In this document: positions 47,562-56,686 of the stretch, piece after piece
How the letters are laid out: every line of letters starts with the position of its first letter
Numbering within the stretch: position 1 is the first letter of the stretch
Assembly: GCA_963768655.1 (NCBI GenBank)
Contig: CAVYIM010000003.1
Location: 640,001-704,000, forward strand
Direction of reading: 5' to 3'
Source: an uncultured Chloroflexia bacterium
GTDB taxonomy: Bacteria > Chloroflexota > Limnocylindria > Limnocylindrales > CSP1-4
Length of the DNA: 64,000 nt
Notes under the pieces: generated by a model
Database searches by the model: none
Seen by the model: only the letters and a program-made list of their open reading frames with translations
What the model was told of the DNA's origin: nothing
Made by a program: the position numbers and the translations under genes

Positions 47562-47813
47562 ATGAGTGCGCGAGTAAAGACCAGTCGACGTCGAGGGTAC
47601 ACCAGGGTGAGCGCCAAGAATCAGGTCACGATCCCCCAGGACGCCCTAGTTCGGGCTGGGCTCAAAGTGGGCGATCGCCTCCGGGCCGAGGCCGGCCGAC
47701 CAGGTGAGTTGATCCTGGTCCGTGAGGAGGATCCTGTCGATCGATTTGCCGGTGCCTTGACGGGCGCCTTTGCTCCAGATCACCTCGACGAACTGCGCCG
47801 CGAATGGCGCTGA
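47562..47813 (+). CDS. AbrB/MazE/SpoVT-family antitoxin (VapB-like)
   Basis: TRVSAKNQVTIP..GLKVGD; overlaps a PIN toxin gene. Confidence 0.88.
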   Translation: MSARVKTSRRRGYTRVSAKNQVTIPQDALVRAGLKVGDRLRAEAGRPGELILVREEDPVDRFAGALTGAFAPDHLDELRREWR

Positions 47814-48223
47814 CGATCCTGGACGCCGGCGTCATCATCGCGATTCTCGATTCGAGCGATGCCCACCATGCGGCAGCCAGGGAGGCCCTGACGCGCGCTC
47901 GGAGTCGGGGAGAGGAGTTGGCCGTCCCCGCCTCCGCCTACGCCGAAGTACTCGTCGGGCCATTCCGGCAGGGTGCGAGCGCGGTTGCAAAGGTCGATGA
48001 GTTTCTCGCAGCTCTTCCGGCTCGAGTTGAGCCGGCCACTCGGGAGATTGCTGCAACCGCGGCGAGGTTGAGGGCCCAGCACGGAACCAAGTTGCGGCTG
48101 CCAGATGCGCTGGTCGTAGCCACTGCGGTTGAACTGGGTGCCACCCTCCTGCTGACGACAGGCGCCGGATGGCCATCCGTGCCGATCGAGGTCACCATCG
48201 TTGCAGGATCGGCCACACCCTGA
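47804..48223 (+). CDS. PIN-domain toxin (VapC-like)
   Basis: ILDAGVIIA..D.HH, AYAEVL, LRLPDALVVATA. Confidence 0.88.
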   Translation: MALTILDAGVIIAILDSSDAHHAAAREALTRARSRGEELAVPASAYAEVLVGPFRQGASAVAKVDEFLAALPARVEPATREIAATAARLRAQHGTKLRLPDALVVATAVELGATLLLTTGAGWPSVPIEVTIVAGSATP

Positions 48224-48271
48224 CGCGAGGATGCCGGCGATCACTGCCCGGGTAGGTTGCACCTACCTAAT

Positions 48272-48293
48272 TGGTCGGCGCGAGAGGACTTGA
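48272..48293 (-). repeat. tRNA-Pro 3'-end fragment (att-like), copy 2
   Basis: TGGTCGGCGCGAGAGGACTTGA, 20/22 identical to copy 1, same orientation. Confidence 0.72.
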
Positions 48294-48465
48294 GGCCGAG
48301 ATAACAAGTGAAGTGTCGGCTGTTCCCGCCGGTCCGCCGCAGGGGCCACCCACGCGATCAAGACGCCATCGGGTCGCAGGGTTGCCGTCTGCTCAGTTCG
48401 GGCAGTCTTCATCGACCCGATCGGGTGAAGGCCACTCACTGAGTAGTAGCGCGGACCGCAGCCGA

Positions 48466-49752
48466 TCACGGCACGAACAACTCCGCGGACGATAGGGCAT
48501 GGAACTCGTCCGAGGTGCCGCCGGCTATCAACACCCTGCCATCGGGCAGAAGGGTCGCCGTCTGAAGGTCCCGAGCCGTTGTCATTGAGCCGATCTGGTG
48601 GAAGCCGCTGGCGGGGTCATAGATGCCGGCTTGGGCGGTGGCGGCGTCATTCCATTCACCGCCGGCAAACAGCACATCTCCGTCCGAAAGGAGCGTCGCT
48701 GTCGCCGCGAACCACAGCTCCGGCGGGGAGATGGACCCGGCGGCCGTGAACGAGCCATTGGACGGGTCATAGATCTCCAGGTAGTCGAAGATACACAGGA
48801 GGACGCGGCCGTCCTTGAGGGTCGTTGGTGGCGCCGTCAGATCGTAGTCCCTGGGCGCCACGGTTGCGCTCGCTGGGAGCTGGAGTGTGAGGCTCCTGGA
48901 TTTGCCACTCGCGGGATCGTAGATCTCAGCGCGTGGACCCCCGACCTGTGTTGAACCCACGAACAGAACCTTGCCGTCAGGCAGCAGGGCCTCGCCCAGA
49001 TGCTCGTAGGAGCGCAGCAGCGAGCCGGGACGCGAGAACTTGCCGGTGGCGGGGTCGTAGGTCTCAAGAACCGCGTTGTCTGACTCTGCGGTCAACACGC
49101 TGCCGTCGGGCAGGACTATGGCCGTGTCCGGAACGCTGGCGATGACTGAGCCGACTCGCGTAAATCTGCCGGTCGTCGGGTCGTAGATATCAGAAGAACT
49201 GCCCGAGATCGGCAAAGGAGCCTGGTACGGCGTCGTGCAGCCGCCGGTGCCAGTGTCATCGCCTGCGACGACGAGGACTCGGCCGTCCTGCAGAAGTGTC
49301 GCCACCGCCCAACCACGAGGAATGGTCAGCGCGCCGGTCGTCGTGAACGTGCCGGTCTTGGGGTCGTACAGCTCCGCGGACGCCAGTCCGCCGGAGGGCT
49401 GACACGGCATTCCCCCGGCAATGAGCACTTTGCCGTTCGTGAGCAGCGTCGCCGTGGCATAGAGGCGAGCCACCTGCAGGCTGCCAGTCGGGACGAAGTG
49501 CGGCGCGGACGTCGGCGACGGTGCGAGCGAAGGCGTGGCCGAAGGAGCGGCCGAAGGCGTGGCCGAAGGTGGCACCGTCTTACTGGGTCGAACACTCGGG
49601 CTTGCTGCAGAGCTACCGCAGCCGGCCAGAACGGCCACGAATACCAACCCGGCGAATACCCGCCCTGTCGAGCGGTGGACCCTGCGGACACCAGGACCGG
49701 CTCCCACGCCCCATCTCCCTCTGTGTAATCCACCAACGGCAGGATGACGCAT
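48466..49752 (-). CDS. Lipoprotein with Kelch/galactose-oxidase-type repeats (true start probably GTG 49707)
   Basis: Lipobox LAGC, PS/AT linker, repeated ATLL.DG.VL.AGG...AELYDP. Confidence 0.85.
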   Translation of the reverse strand: MRHPAVGGLHRGRWGVGAGPGVRRVHRSTGRVFAGLVFVAVLAGCGSSAASPSVRPSKTVPPSATPSAAPSATPSLAPSPTSAPHFVPTGSLQVARLYATATLLTNGKVLIAGGMPCQPSGGLASAELYDPKTGTFTTTGALTIPRGWAVATLLQDGRVLVVAGDDTGTGGCTTPYQAPLPISGSSSDIYDPTTGRFTRVGSVIASVPDTAIVLPDGSVLTAESDNAVLETYDPATGKFSRPGSLLRSYEHLGEALLPDGKVLFVGSTQVGGPRAEIYDPASGKSRSLTLQLPASATVAPRDYDLTAPPTTLKDGRVLLCIFDYLEIYDPSNGSFTAAGSISPPELWFAATATLLSDGDVLFAGGEWNDAATAQAGIYDPASGFHQIGSMTTARDLQTATLLPDGRVLIAGGTSDEFHALSSAELFVP

Positions 49753-49805
49753 CTACGAAGCTCGCGTGACGCCACGGAGGGCCGTGGCCGACCGGGAAGA
49801 AGAGG

Positions 49806-49830
49806 TGGTGGGGGCGAGCGGATTAGAGCC
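49806..49830 (-). repeat. tRNA 3'-end fragment (att-like), copy 3, more degenerate
   Basis: TGGTGGGGGCGAGCGGATTAGAGCC, 21/25 identical to copy 1, same orientation. Confidence 0.62.
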
Positions 49831-50029
49831 GACACTATCCGAGCGATCATCCGAGGCCCGATGGAGTTGGCGGCCCAGTTGGTCGGCTAGCGTTTTGGAT
49901 GTCCTTCGCCCGCCTGAGCCGCTCTTCCGGGCAGTCATCGCCGTCTGCGTCGACGCTCCGGGCGCAATACGTCGGAGACTGGAGGCTCCGCGAAGAGCCG
50001 CGGGCTTCTCTCTTTGGCGAGGAACGGAT

Positions 50030-50632
50030 CTAGCTGAAGTCGAAGGGCGGGTACGGGACGGGCAGGAACAGCATGTAGCCGCTGATCCGGGTCCCGTAGT
50101 TCAGGACGACGCCCATGAACTTTGCCCCCAGCTCGGGGTAGCGTCCGTTGATCAGGATGGGGATCCAGACGAGCAGGACGTAGACATACATCCCGACGTA
50201 CAGGACGCCGAGCACGATGAAGTGGGGGATCAGGGCGATGATGCGGGCGCAGAACCCGATCAGCGGGATGCCCCACAGGCGGTTGATGGATCGGCCCTCG
50301 GCGTTGACCTGGACCTGGACCGGACCCTGGCCGCCGACGTTCAGATCTGGATAGCCACCGGGTACCAGGAGTCCGTAGGCGTTGATCCTGGCATTGCGGT
50401 TCAAGGACGCGCCCACCAGCTTCTGGTACCAGTCCGGGACCTTGCCGAGAAGGAGGATCGGGATCCACAAGATGACCTGGCTGAGGACCACGAGGAAGCC
50501 GATCACCATGAGGACGATGAGCCCGGGGATCAGGAGAATGGCCCGGACCACAATGCCGAACCAGAGGAGGCCCCACCAACGATCGATCGCTCGCTCTTGG
50601 GGCATAGCGACAGAGATGGGATAGTCAGCCAC
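50030..50632 (-). CDS. DUF4389-like membrane protein (two internal repeats)
   Basis: Two repeats of R.I..IP..IVL...WIPIL..G..P...R...Y.L.....YP; SD GGAGG. Confidence 0.82.
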   Translation of the reverse strand: MADYPISVAMPQERAIDRWWGLLWFGIVVRAILLIPGLIVLMVIGFLVVLSQVILWIPILLLGKVPDWYQKLVGASLNRNARINAYGLLVPGGYPDLNVGGQGPVQVQVNAEGRSINRLWGIPLIGFCARIIALIPHFIVLGVLYVGMYVYVLLVWIPILINGRYPELGAKFMGVVLNYGTRISGYMLFLPVPYPPFDFS

Positions 50633-50718
50633 GGCAGACCTCCGAGGGCTCCGAGTCCGATCCAGCAGAGCTTTCCTACCAGTGAGACTTTAGCAGCGAG
50701 AAAAGGTTCACCCGGCCA

Positions 50719-51231
50719 TCAGCCGTTGGAGCTTGCGACCGCAGCGGTCGTGCCCAACGCCACGCCAGTCGTCCTGTCGGCCGGGCTGTGCGGCTGAACG
50801 ATCAGCCTGTCCGACGCGACCGCGAGAAGCGCGAGCAGGACGACATCGATGGCCAGCCCCATCACTGAGCCGGGCAGTCCGATCGTGCAGAGAACAAGAG
50901 AGCCCAGGAGCAGGGCGATAGTCGTTCGACGGGCCCAAGGGTGGCCGCGCCAGAGCATCACCCCGACTACCACGAAGGCGACCGCGGCGGCCAGCCACAC
51001 GAAGCCGAGTATCTTGACGGCCGTGCCGCCGACGTCGATCGAACCATTGAGGATCCGGGTCGAGAACTCGACTCCTCTAAAGCCACGATGCCACCATGGA
51101 ACGGTGAAGCCGTATACGTGGACCAGGCCGTGAAGAGCCAGGAACACGGCGAACACGCGGGGCAGGAGCCCAGCATGCCAGGCCCCTGTCTCTCGGTACT
51201 CCGTGGCGGGCGCGGGGAGTGGCGTGGTCAT
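50719..51231 (-). CDS. Hypothetical membrane protein (about 4 TM)
   Basis: SD AGGAGG; LALHGLVH followed by hydrophobic helices. Confidence 0.7.
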   Translation of the reverse strand: MTTPLPAPATEYRETGAWHAGLLPRVFAVFLALHGLVHVYGFTVPWWHRGFRGVEFSTRILNGSIDVGGTAVKILGFVWLAAAVAFVVVGVMLWRGHPWARRTTIALLLGSLVLCTIGLPGSVMGLAIDVVLLALLAVASDRLIVQPHSPADRTTGVALGTTAAVASSNG

Positions 51232-51442
51232 CTCGTCCTCCTTGCGATGGCGTTCCCGTTGTCCGCCCGGTCGGCCAGGAGCGGAACGCCAACCTCACGC
51301 CCGGAGCCTGGCGATCGCTTGTGTAGGAACCGTGTAGGCGCGGTAAGCCCCAGGTAAGCGGCCCTCGCCGGTCTCGCTCCGGCCCCACGTTGCAAGCCGT
51401 GCTCGGCCGGCGCTTCGGCCGGGCGGACGATTGACTCCACGT

Positions 51443-51470
51443 TGCGTCGCCCGTCTTGAGGGGCGACGCA
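51443..51470 (-). terminator. Hairpin downstream of thrH
   Basis: TGCGTCGCCC-N8-GGGCGACGCA perfect 10-bp stem. Confidence 0.45.
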
Positions 51471-51513
51471 GTTCACGAGCCGACGCGGGCAGCGTCTGGA
51501 ACTGAGATCGCCT

Positions 51514-52119
51514 CTACGCCATCGCCTGCCTGATCAGCCCCATCAGATCGGCGTAGGTCTCGACGGCAGGGAACTGGGGGAATTGCCGTTTCACACCGTC
51601 GGGCGCGCGGAAGAGGATGCCCTTGTCGGCCTCGCCGAGCATGGCCGTGTCGTTGAAGGAATCGCCCCCGGCGATGACGTGGTAATTCATCCGTCTGAAC
51701 GCCGCGACGGCCTCGCGCTTCTGCTCTCGGATGCGCAACTGATAGTCGACGATGTGGTCGTTTTCGACGATCAGCCGGTGACACAGGAGTGTCGGCCAGT
51801 TGAGCTGACGGAGCAGGGGAGCGGCGAACTGCTCGAAAGTGTCGGACAGGATCACGACCTGGACGAACGAACGCAACTCGTCGAGGAACTCCCTCGCGCC
51901 GGCCAGGGGCGTCAAGGTACCGATGACGCCCTGGATGTCTGACAGCTTCAGCCCGTGCTCGTCCAGGATGGCCAGGCGTCCGCGCATGAGCTTGTCGTAG
52001 TCCGGCTCATCGCGCGTGGTGCGGCGCAGCTCGGGGATGCCCGTCTTCTCGGACACGGCAATCCAGATCTCAGGCGTCAGCACGCCTTCCATGTCCAGCG
52101 TGACGATCGATTGCTTCAT
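51514..52119 (-). CDS. thrH: Phosphoserine phosphatase/homoserine phosphotransferase ThrH
   Basis: LDMEGVLTPEIW, TTRDEPDYDKLM, ILSDTF, PTLLCH, GDSFNDTAML. Confidence 0.95.
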   Translation of the reverse strand: MKQSIVTLDMEGVLTPEIWIAVSEKTGIPELRRTTRDEPDYDKLMRGRLAILDEHGLKLSDIQGVIGTLTPLAGAREFLDELRSFVQVVILSDTFEQFAAPLLRQLNWPTLLCHRLIVENDHIVDYQLRIREQKREAVAAFRRMNYHVIAGGDSFNDTAMLGEADKGILFRAPDGVKRQFPQFPAVETYADLMGLIRQAMA

Positions 52120-52400
52120 GGACGCGCAGTCTAGCGTGACCGTGGGGCCGCCGGGGTGGCTTCGTCGTCGGCGACGGTAACGCAGAGACGCCGGGGGCTC
52201 TCCGTTTCGACGCCCCGGCGGATCGCCGTGCGGGCATAGCGGAGGCCTTGGACTCGCGCTGTGGCGGCTCGTAATCCCTCAATACGCTCCGACGCTGGTC
52301 CAGGCGTCGCCCTCGCCACCCGGGCCAGAGCGCCACGCACCTGTCGCGGGAGGGCTGAGCGCCGGCTTTCCGGCGGCCGTCGTCGGGGCGCACGCGCGTC

Positions 52401-52427
52401 TGCAACACTTGGGGCGCCTCGGACGTT
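52401..52427 (+). promoter_or_regulatory. Candidate autoregulatory ECF promoter
   Basis: TGCAAC-N17-CGTT ending 10 nt before the sigma ATG; fits the generic ECF AAC/CGT pattern. Confidence 0.55.
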
Positions 52428-52437
52428 AGACCGGCAG

Positions 52438-52947
52438 ATGGAGAAGCTGGCGACTGTGACAACCCGACGGACTGCGGTCGAGACCCGCGATCTCGAGGCT
52501 GCGTTCAGCGTCCATATGCCCTGGCTCCATCGGCGCATCACGCTGATTGTCGGCGACCCGGAGGAGGCTCGAGACCTCGCCCAGGAAGCATTCGCCCGGG
52601 CCGTCCAGAGGTGGCCGATCGGATCGCAAGACGACGTCGCGCGCTGGCTTGCGGCGGTCGGCATCAGGCTCGCCATCGACGAGATGCGCCGGCGCCGCAG
52701 GTGGGGCTTCTTGCAGCTGCACGAGACTGACGCCGCCTGGGCAATGAACACCGACCCGGACCTGTGGCGGGCCATCTCCGAGCTCGAGCCGGCGGTGAGA
52801 GCCGCGCTGCTCCTGACCGTCCTCGACGGGTACACGCAGGAACAAGTCGCCTCCGCGCTGGGCGTCGCCCGGGGCACGGTGTCGAGCTGGCTGTCGCGGG
52901 CGCGCGATCGCCTGCGGCCGGCAATTGGGAGCACGAACGATGAATGA
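52438..52947 (+). CDS. ECF RNA polymerase sigma factor
   Basis: GDPEEARDLAQEAF, region 4 EQVASALGVARGTVSSWLSRAR. Confidence 0.9.
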   Translation: MEKLATVTTRRTAVETRDLEAAFSVHMPWLHRRITLIVGDPEEARDLAQEAFARAVQRWPIGSQDDVARWLAAVGIRLAIDEMRRRRRWGFLQLHETDAAWAMNTDPDLWRAISELEPAVRAALLLTVLDGYTQEQVASALGVARGTVSSWLSRARDRLRPAIGSTNDE

Positions 52948-54085
52948 CTTCGACGAGCGCTTGCGCTCGAGACTCCGCGCCCTTGATGCAGCCGTTCCGG
53001 CAGCGGCTGATCTTCTCCCCGTCGGTGGCCCGCCGACATCACGTCGATGGCACGGCGCCCGCGTCGCGAGCAGGTTACCCCTCGGCCTGGCCGCCGTTCT
53101 CGTTGCGGTGATCGCCGGCGCGGCCCTCCTGGGCGTGAGCCTGCGCCAGCAGCCAGCCGCCGGACCTGCGGCTTCCACCGCCACGGCGACCGCATTGGTC
53201 CCGGCGACCGCCTCGGTCGTGCCGAGCGCGTCGCCGATTATCCTGGGCCCCGACGGCATCCCCACCCAGATCGACGGCCAGCGCGTCTATTTCATCTCCG
53301 AACAGGCCGAGTGGGACAACCTGAGCGGTAGCTTCCTGCTGGCGGCGTTCCTTCCGAGTGGCGTCATGCCCTCCTGCTTTCCTGTCCCAGAGAATGCAGC
53401 GGACGACCTTATCGCCAACGGCTGTGGCGGGATGGCCCTCTCGAGCACCACCAGTTCCGGCTCGGGTATTCCCAGCTTCATCTACGCCGCGCCGAAGAAC
53501 TCGCCGTTTGGGTTGCTCATCGGCGGGGCGAACCACGCTGCCGTGCTGCGGGTCCACACCCACGACGCCGAAGCGGCGCAGTGCAGCGCCGACCAGCGAG
53601 CCAGGTGCGAAGCCGCCGTGGTTGTCGAGGCGGTCGTATGGCCGACGGTGCCGAGCGAGATCAACGGAGAGCATGTCTATGGCGGCAGCAACGGGTCGTT
53701 CTGGAGCCTCTCCGGCAGCTTCTTGCTCGGCGGCGTCGTCTCGGTCAATCTCACCGACTGGGCACCGGGGACCTGCGCAACACCTGTCGACCTGAACGCG
53801 GCCGCACAGCAGCTGCTCCAGGAATGCGGCCCTACCTGGGTCGCCATCGACATGGATGGCATCGCGCCGGCCAGCACCTTCGACGCCGTCGACGGTCAGG
53901 TCGTGGTCGTCCGGGCTCACCTCGACGATGCCCTGGCCGCTCAGTGCCCGGCTGACCTTCTGACGCAGTGCGAGCAGGCAATCGTGGTCGAGTCCGTGGT
54001 CTGGACATCGCCGTACCTGACGCCCCGGCAGAGTCTCGCCGCGCCAACCCCGACAGCGACCGCCGGCCCGACGTCGACACCCTGA
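52940..54085 (+). CDS. Putative anti-sigma factor: one TM helix and a duplicated Cys-rich extracellular domain
   Basis: MNDFDERLRSRL N-terminus, overlaps the sigma stop; two repeats P..I.G..VY..LSGSFLL..H..D..AAQC......CE.A.VVE.VVW. Confidence 0.75.
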   Translation: MNDFDERLRSRLRALDAAVPAAADLLPVGGPPTSRRWHGARVASRLPLGLAAVLVAVIAGAALLGVSLRQQPAAGPAASTATATALVPATASVVPSASPIILGPDGIPTQIDGQRVYFISEQAEWDNLSGSFLLAAFLPSGVMPSCFPVPENAADDLIANGCGGMALSSTTSSGSGIPSFIYAAPKNSPFGLLIGGANHAAVLRVHTHDAEAAQCSADQRARCEAAVVVEAVVWPTVPSEINGEHVYGGSNGSFWSLSGSFLLGGVVSVNLTDWAPGTCATPVDLNAAAQQLLQECGPTWVAIDMDGIAPASTFDAVDGQVVVVRAHLDDALAAQCPADLLTQCEQAIVVESVVWTSPYLTPRQSLAAPTPTATAGPTSTP

Positions 54086-54129
54086 CGTTGGCGATCAGCC
54101 GCGGCTCAGGAGCCGGGGTCCGCCGCCGC

Positions 54130-55434
54130 CTACTCCGAGTCGTCGCCCTCGTCGTCCTCCTCGTATTCCGGGAGCTCCGGCTCCTTGACGACGTCGGACC
54201 ACGGGGCGTATAGAACCTCGGCATCCTCAGGCTCGAGCATGTCGGCCATGGCGAGGGCTGCGACCGCATCGGCGACGGCCGGCCCCGCGGGCTCGCGGAC
54301 GCGGGCCAGGCTCTGCGGCGCTCCGAACGAGTAGTCGCGCTTCTCGCTTCGGCCCTCCATCCAGGCGAAGACCTCCTCCTGCGCCAGACGAAGCTGCTCG
54401 CGCCACTTCGCGTCTTCGTCGGCCAGGGCCTGAAGGTTGCGATGGGCGATCCGAAGCTCCTCCTTGGGCTGCTTCCGCCAGGCGACGACCAGTTCCGAGG
54501 TTTCCGCAGCGGTCAGGGCCGCCAGCCTGGTCAGGAACTGCAACACCAGCTCGCTGTTGGGGCCGAACTCGCCTTCCGGCTCGGAGGGCTCCTCGGCCGG
54601 CGCCGCTTTGGCCGCGCTCGAACCCTTGGCCGCCGCGGCCTTGGCCGAGCCTGAGCCCTTGACCGGAGCGGCCTTGGCCGAGCCTGAGCCCTTGACCGGA
54701 GCGGCCTTGCCGGAGGCCGAACCTTTGGCCGGCGCGGGCAAGGCGGCCTCTTCGTCCTCCTCCGCCTCTTCGTCTTCTTCGGAGTCGTCGCCCTCGTCGG
54801 TATCCATGATCTCGGACCACGGGCCGTAGAGCGTGTCGAAGTCCACTTCGGCCAGCTCGTCCTCGAGGACGAGCGCGTCCACGGCGTCCGTGGCCGCGTC
54901 GGCCACGATCGAGTAAAGGTCGAACTCGTCGCCGTCGAGCTGCATCGCGGCCAGCCAGTCCGACACGGCGTGCTCGGCGGCCCACAGCTCGGCCTCGAGC
55001 CCGCCGCCACGGTAGCGCCGCCGGACGACCAGCCGCGCGACCTTGCGCTCGGCCTCGGGGACCGCCTCGTATGCGCCGGCGATGGCCTCGGCCGTCTCGT
55101 CATCGATGTCGGCCAGGGAGTCGAGCAGCGCGGCGACGTCGTCGCCGTTGGGGCCGTACATGTCCGTCGGGTTCTGCCCGGTCAGCCCGAACTCCTCGGC
55201 CTCGCGCTCGAGCTCGGCCTGCAGGTCGGCCGCCCGTTCGGCATCGGTCCGTGTGTCCGGCTCGTCGCTGCCGTCTTCTTCGTCCGGCCCATCCTCGAGT
55301 CCGCCCTCGAGGTCCTCGGGCTCGCCGGCACCGGCGTCTGTTCCGTCCGCGGAGGTCCAGCTGAGCCGGTTCGGCTCGGACTCGTCGCGGAGCCTGTTTG
55401 GAGCGCCTTCGTCCTTCTTGTACCGCCTGAACAT
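54130..55434 (-). CDS. Highly acidic hypothetical protein with two copies of an unrecognised helical domain
   Basis: SD GGAGG; MFRR start; YGPN...LYGPW and FGPN...LYAPW domains; paralogue of the adjacent gene. Confidence 0.85.
   Translation of the reverse strand: MFRRYKKDEGAPNRLRDESEPNRLSWTSADGTDAGAGEPEDLEGGLEDGPDEEDGSDEPDTRTDAERAADLQAELEREAEEFGLTGQNPTDMYGPNGDDVAALLDSLADIDDETAEAIAGAYEAVPEAERKVARLVVRRRYRGGGLEAELWAAEHAVSDWLAAMQLDGDEFDLYSIVADAATDAVDALVLEDELAEVDFDTLYGPWSEIMDTDEGDDSEEDEEAEEDEEAALPAPAKGSASGKAAPVKGSGSAKAAPVKGSGSAKAAAAKGSSAAKAAPAEEPSEPEGEFGPNSELVLQFLTRLAALTAAETSELVVAWRKQPKEELRIAHRNLQALADEDAKWREQLRLAQEEVFAWMEGRSEKRDYSFGAPQSLARVREPAGPAVADAVAALAMADMLEPEDAEVLYAPWSDVVKEPELPEYEEDDEGDDSE
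54600..54740 (-). repeat. In-frame ~33-bp tandem repeats encoding KAAPVKGSGSA-like units
   Basis: Two exact and about two degenerate copies in the interdomain linker. Confidence 0.8.
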
Positions 55435-55463
55435 CGACCCTCCGCCGCTATCCGGTTGCGCCC

Positions 55464-56630
55464 TCAGTTGCTGGTCCCGTCAGTTGGCCTCGCCCAGTTG
55501 GCCGCGCCCTCAGAACCGGCCGGCTCGCTTCCGGCTTCGGCTGCCTCCGGCAGCGGTGGCGCGCCTACTAGATTGAACCACGGCGCGTAGAGCGTGTCCG
55601 CCTCGTCCGGCTCGAGCAGGTCGCCGACCACCAGCGCCGCGATCGCGTCCGCGAGTGCCGGGCCTGCCATCTGGCGAGTGGCACCCTGGCCGGTCTGACC
55701 GATGAAGCTGGCCGTCTCCTGGAGCCGACCGCCATTGAGCCAGGGGGAGATCTTCTCTTGAGCGCGGCGGACCTGATCGCGCAACTCGGGCTCCTCCTCG
55801 ACGAGTCCGTGGAGGGCGTCGTGGGCCCGCGCCAGATCCTCCGCGGGAGCCTCCCGCCAGCTGCTCACCAGCCGTGTGACCTGCTCGGGCGAGAGCAGCC
55901 ACAGCCGGTTGAGGAAATCGGCGACAGAATCCGTGTTCGGCCCGAACTCGCCCTCGGATTCCTCGTCGTCGTCCGCGCCGTCTTCGACCTCTTCGTCCTC
56001 GACATCGGCGCCGCCGTCGATCTCTTCCACCTCTTCCTGAATCCGGATCTGCTCGACGGCATCGGTCCAAGGCACGAACAACGCCTCGTAGTCCGGCTCC
56101 TCGAGCTCGTCTTCGAGGATGATGCCGGTCGCGGCATCAAGAGCGGCGTCACTCACCTGCGAGCAGATGCGGGCCCAGTTGGGGACTGCCTTTACGTATT
56201 CCGGATACTCCGCCGCGACGGCCAGCCAGGCTCCGATCTCTTCGCGCGCCATCTGGACGTGGCGGGCGATCTCCTCGTCGGTCTCGACCAGCTTCCGGAC
56301 GGCCTTGCGGGCGACGTCTCGATCGGGCCTGGAGGCGCTGCGCCACGCGTCGGCAATCGTCTCAGCGTCGTCCGGGTCGACGTCCTCGAGCCGCTCGAGG
56401 ACTTCCAGCACCTCTTTGGCGTGGGGCCCGTAGAGCCAGACGTCGTTGTCGGCCAGGTAGTCGGCCGCCTGGCTCTCGAGATCGGCGTCCATGTCCTCCG
56501 GCTGGTCGGCGTCGTCGGCGGCATCGCCGTCGGTGTCCTCTTCGGCCTCGGGCGCGTCCTCGGCCTCGACATCGTTGTCGAGGATTTCGCCGGCCCCGTC
56601 GTGGGAGCCTCGGTCGCGTCGCCTGAACAT
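55464..56630 (-). CDS. Highly acidic hypothetical protein, paralogue of 54130-55434
   Basis: SD GGAGGA; MFRR start; YGPH...LFVPW and FGPN...LYAPW domains. Confidence 0.85.
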   Translation of the reverse strand: MFRRRDRGSHDGAGEILDNDVEAEDAPEAEEDTDGDAADDADQPEDMDADLESQAADYLADNDVWLYGPHAKEVLEVLERLEDVDPDDAETIADAWRSASRPDRDVARKAVRKLVETDEEIARHVQMAREEIGAWLAVAAEYPEYVKAVPNWARICSQVSDAALDAATGIILEDELEEPDYEALFVPWTDAVEQIRIQEEVEEIDGGADVEDEEVEDGADDDEESEGEFGPNTDSVADFLNRLWLLSPEQVTRLVSSWREAPAEDLARAHDALHGLVEEEPELRDQVRRAQEKISPWLNGGRLQETASFIGQTGQGATRQMAGPALADAIAALVVGDLLEPDEADTLYAPWFNLVGAPPLPEAAEAGSEPAGSEGAANWARPTDGTSN

Positions 56631-56686
56631 GGGGTCCTCCGGTGTTCCTGCGGAGCCAGCTGGGCCCTCGCCTGGTACGCCGGAGA

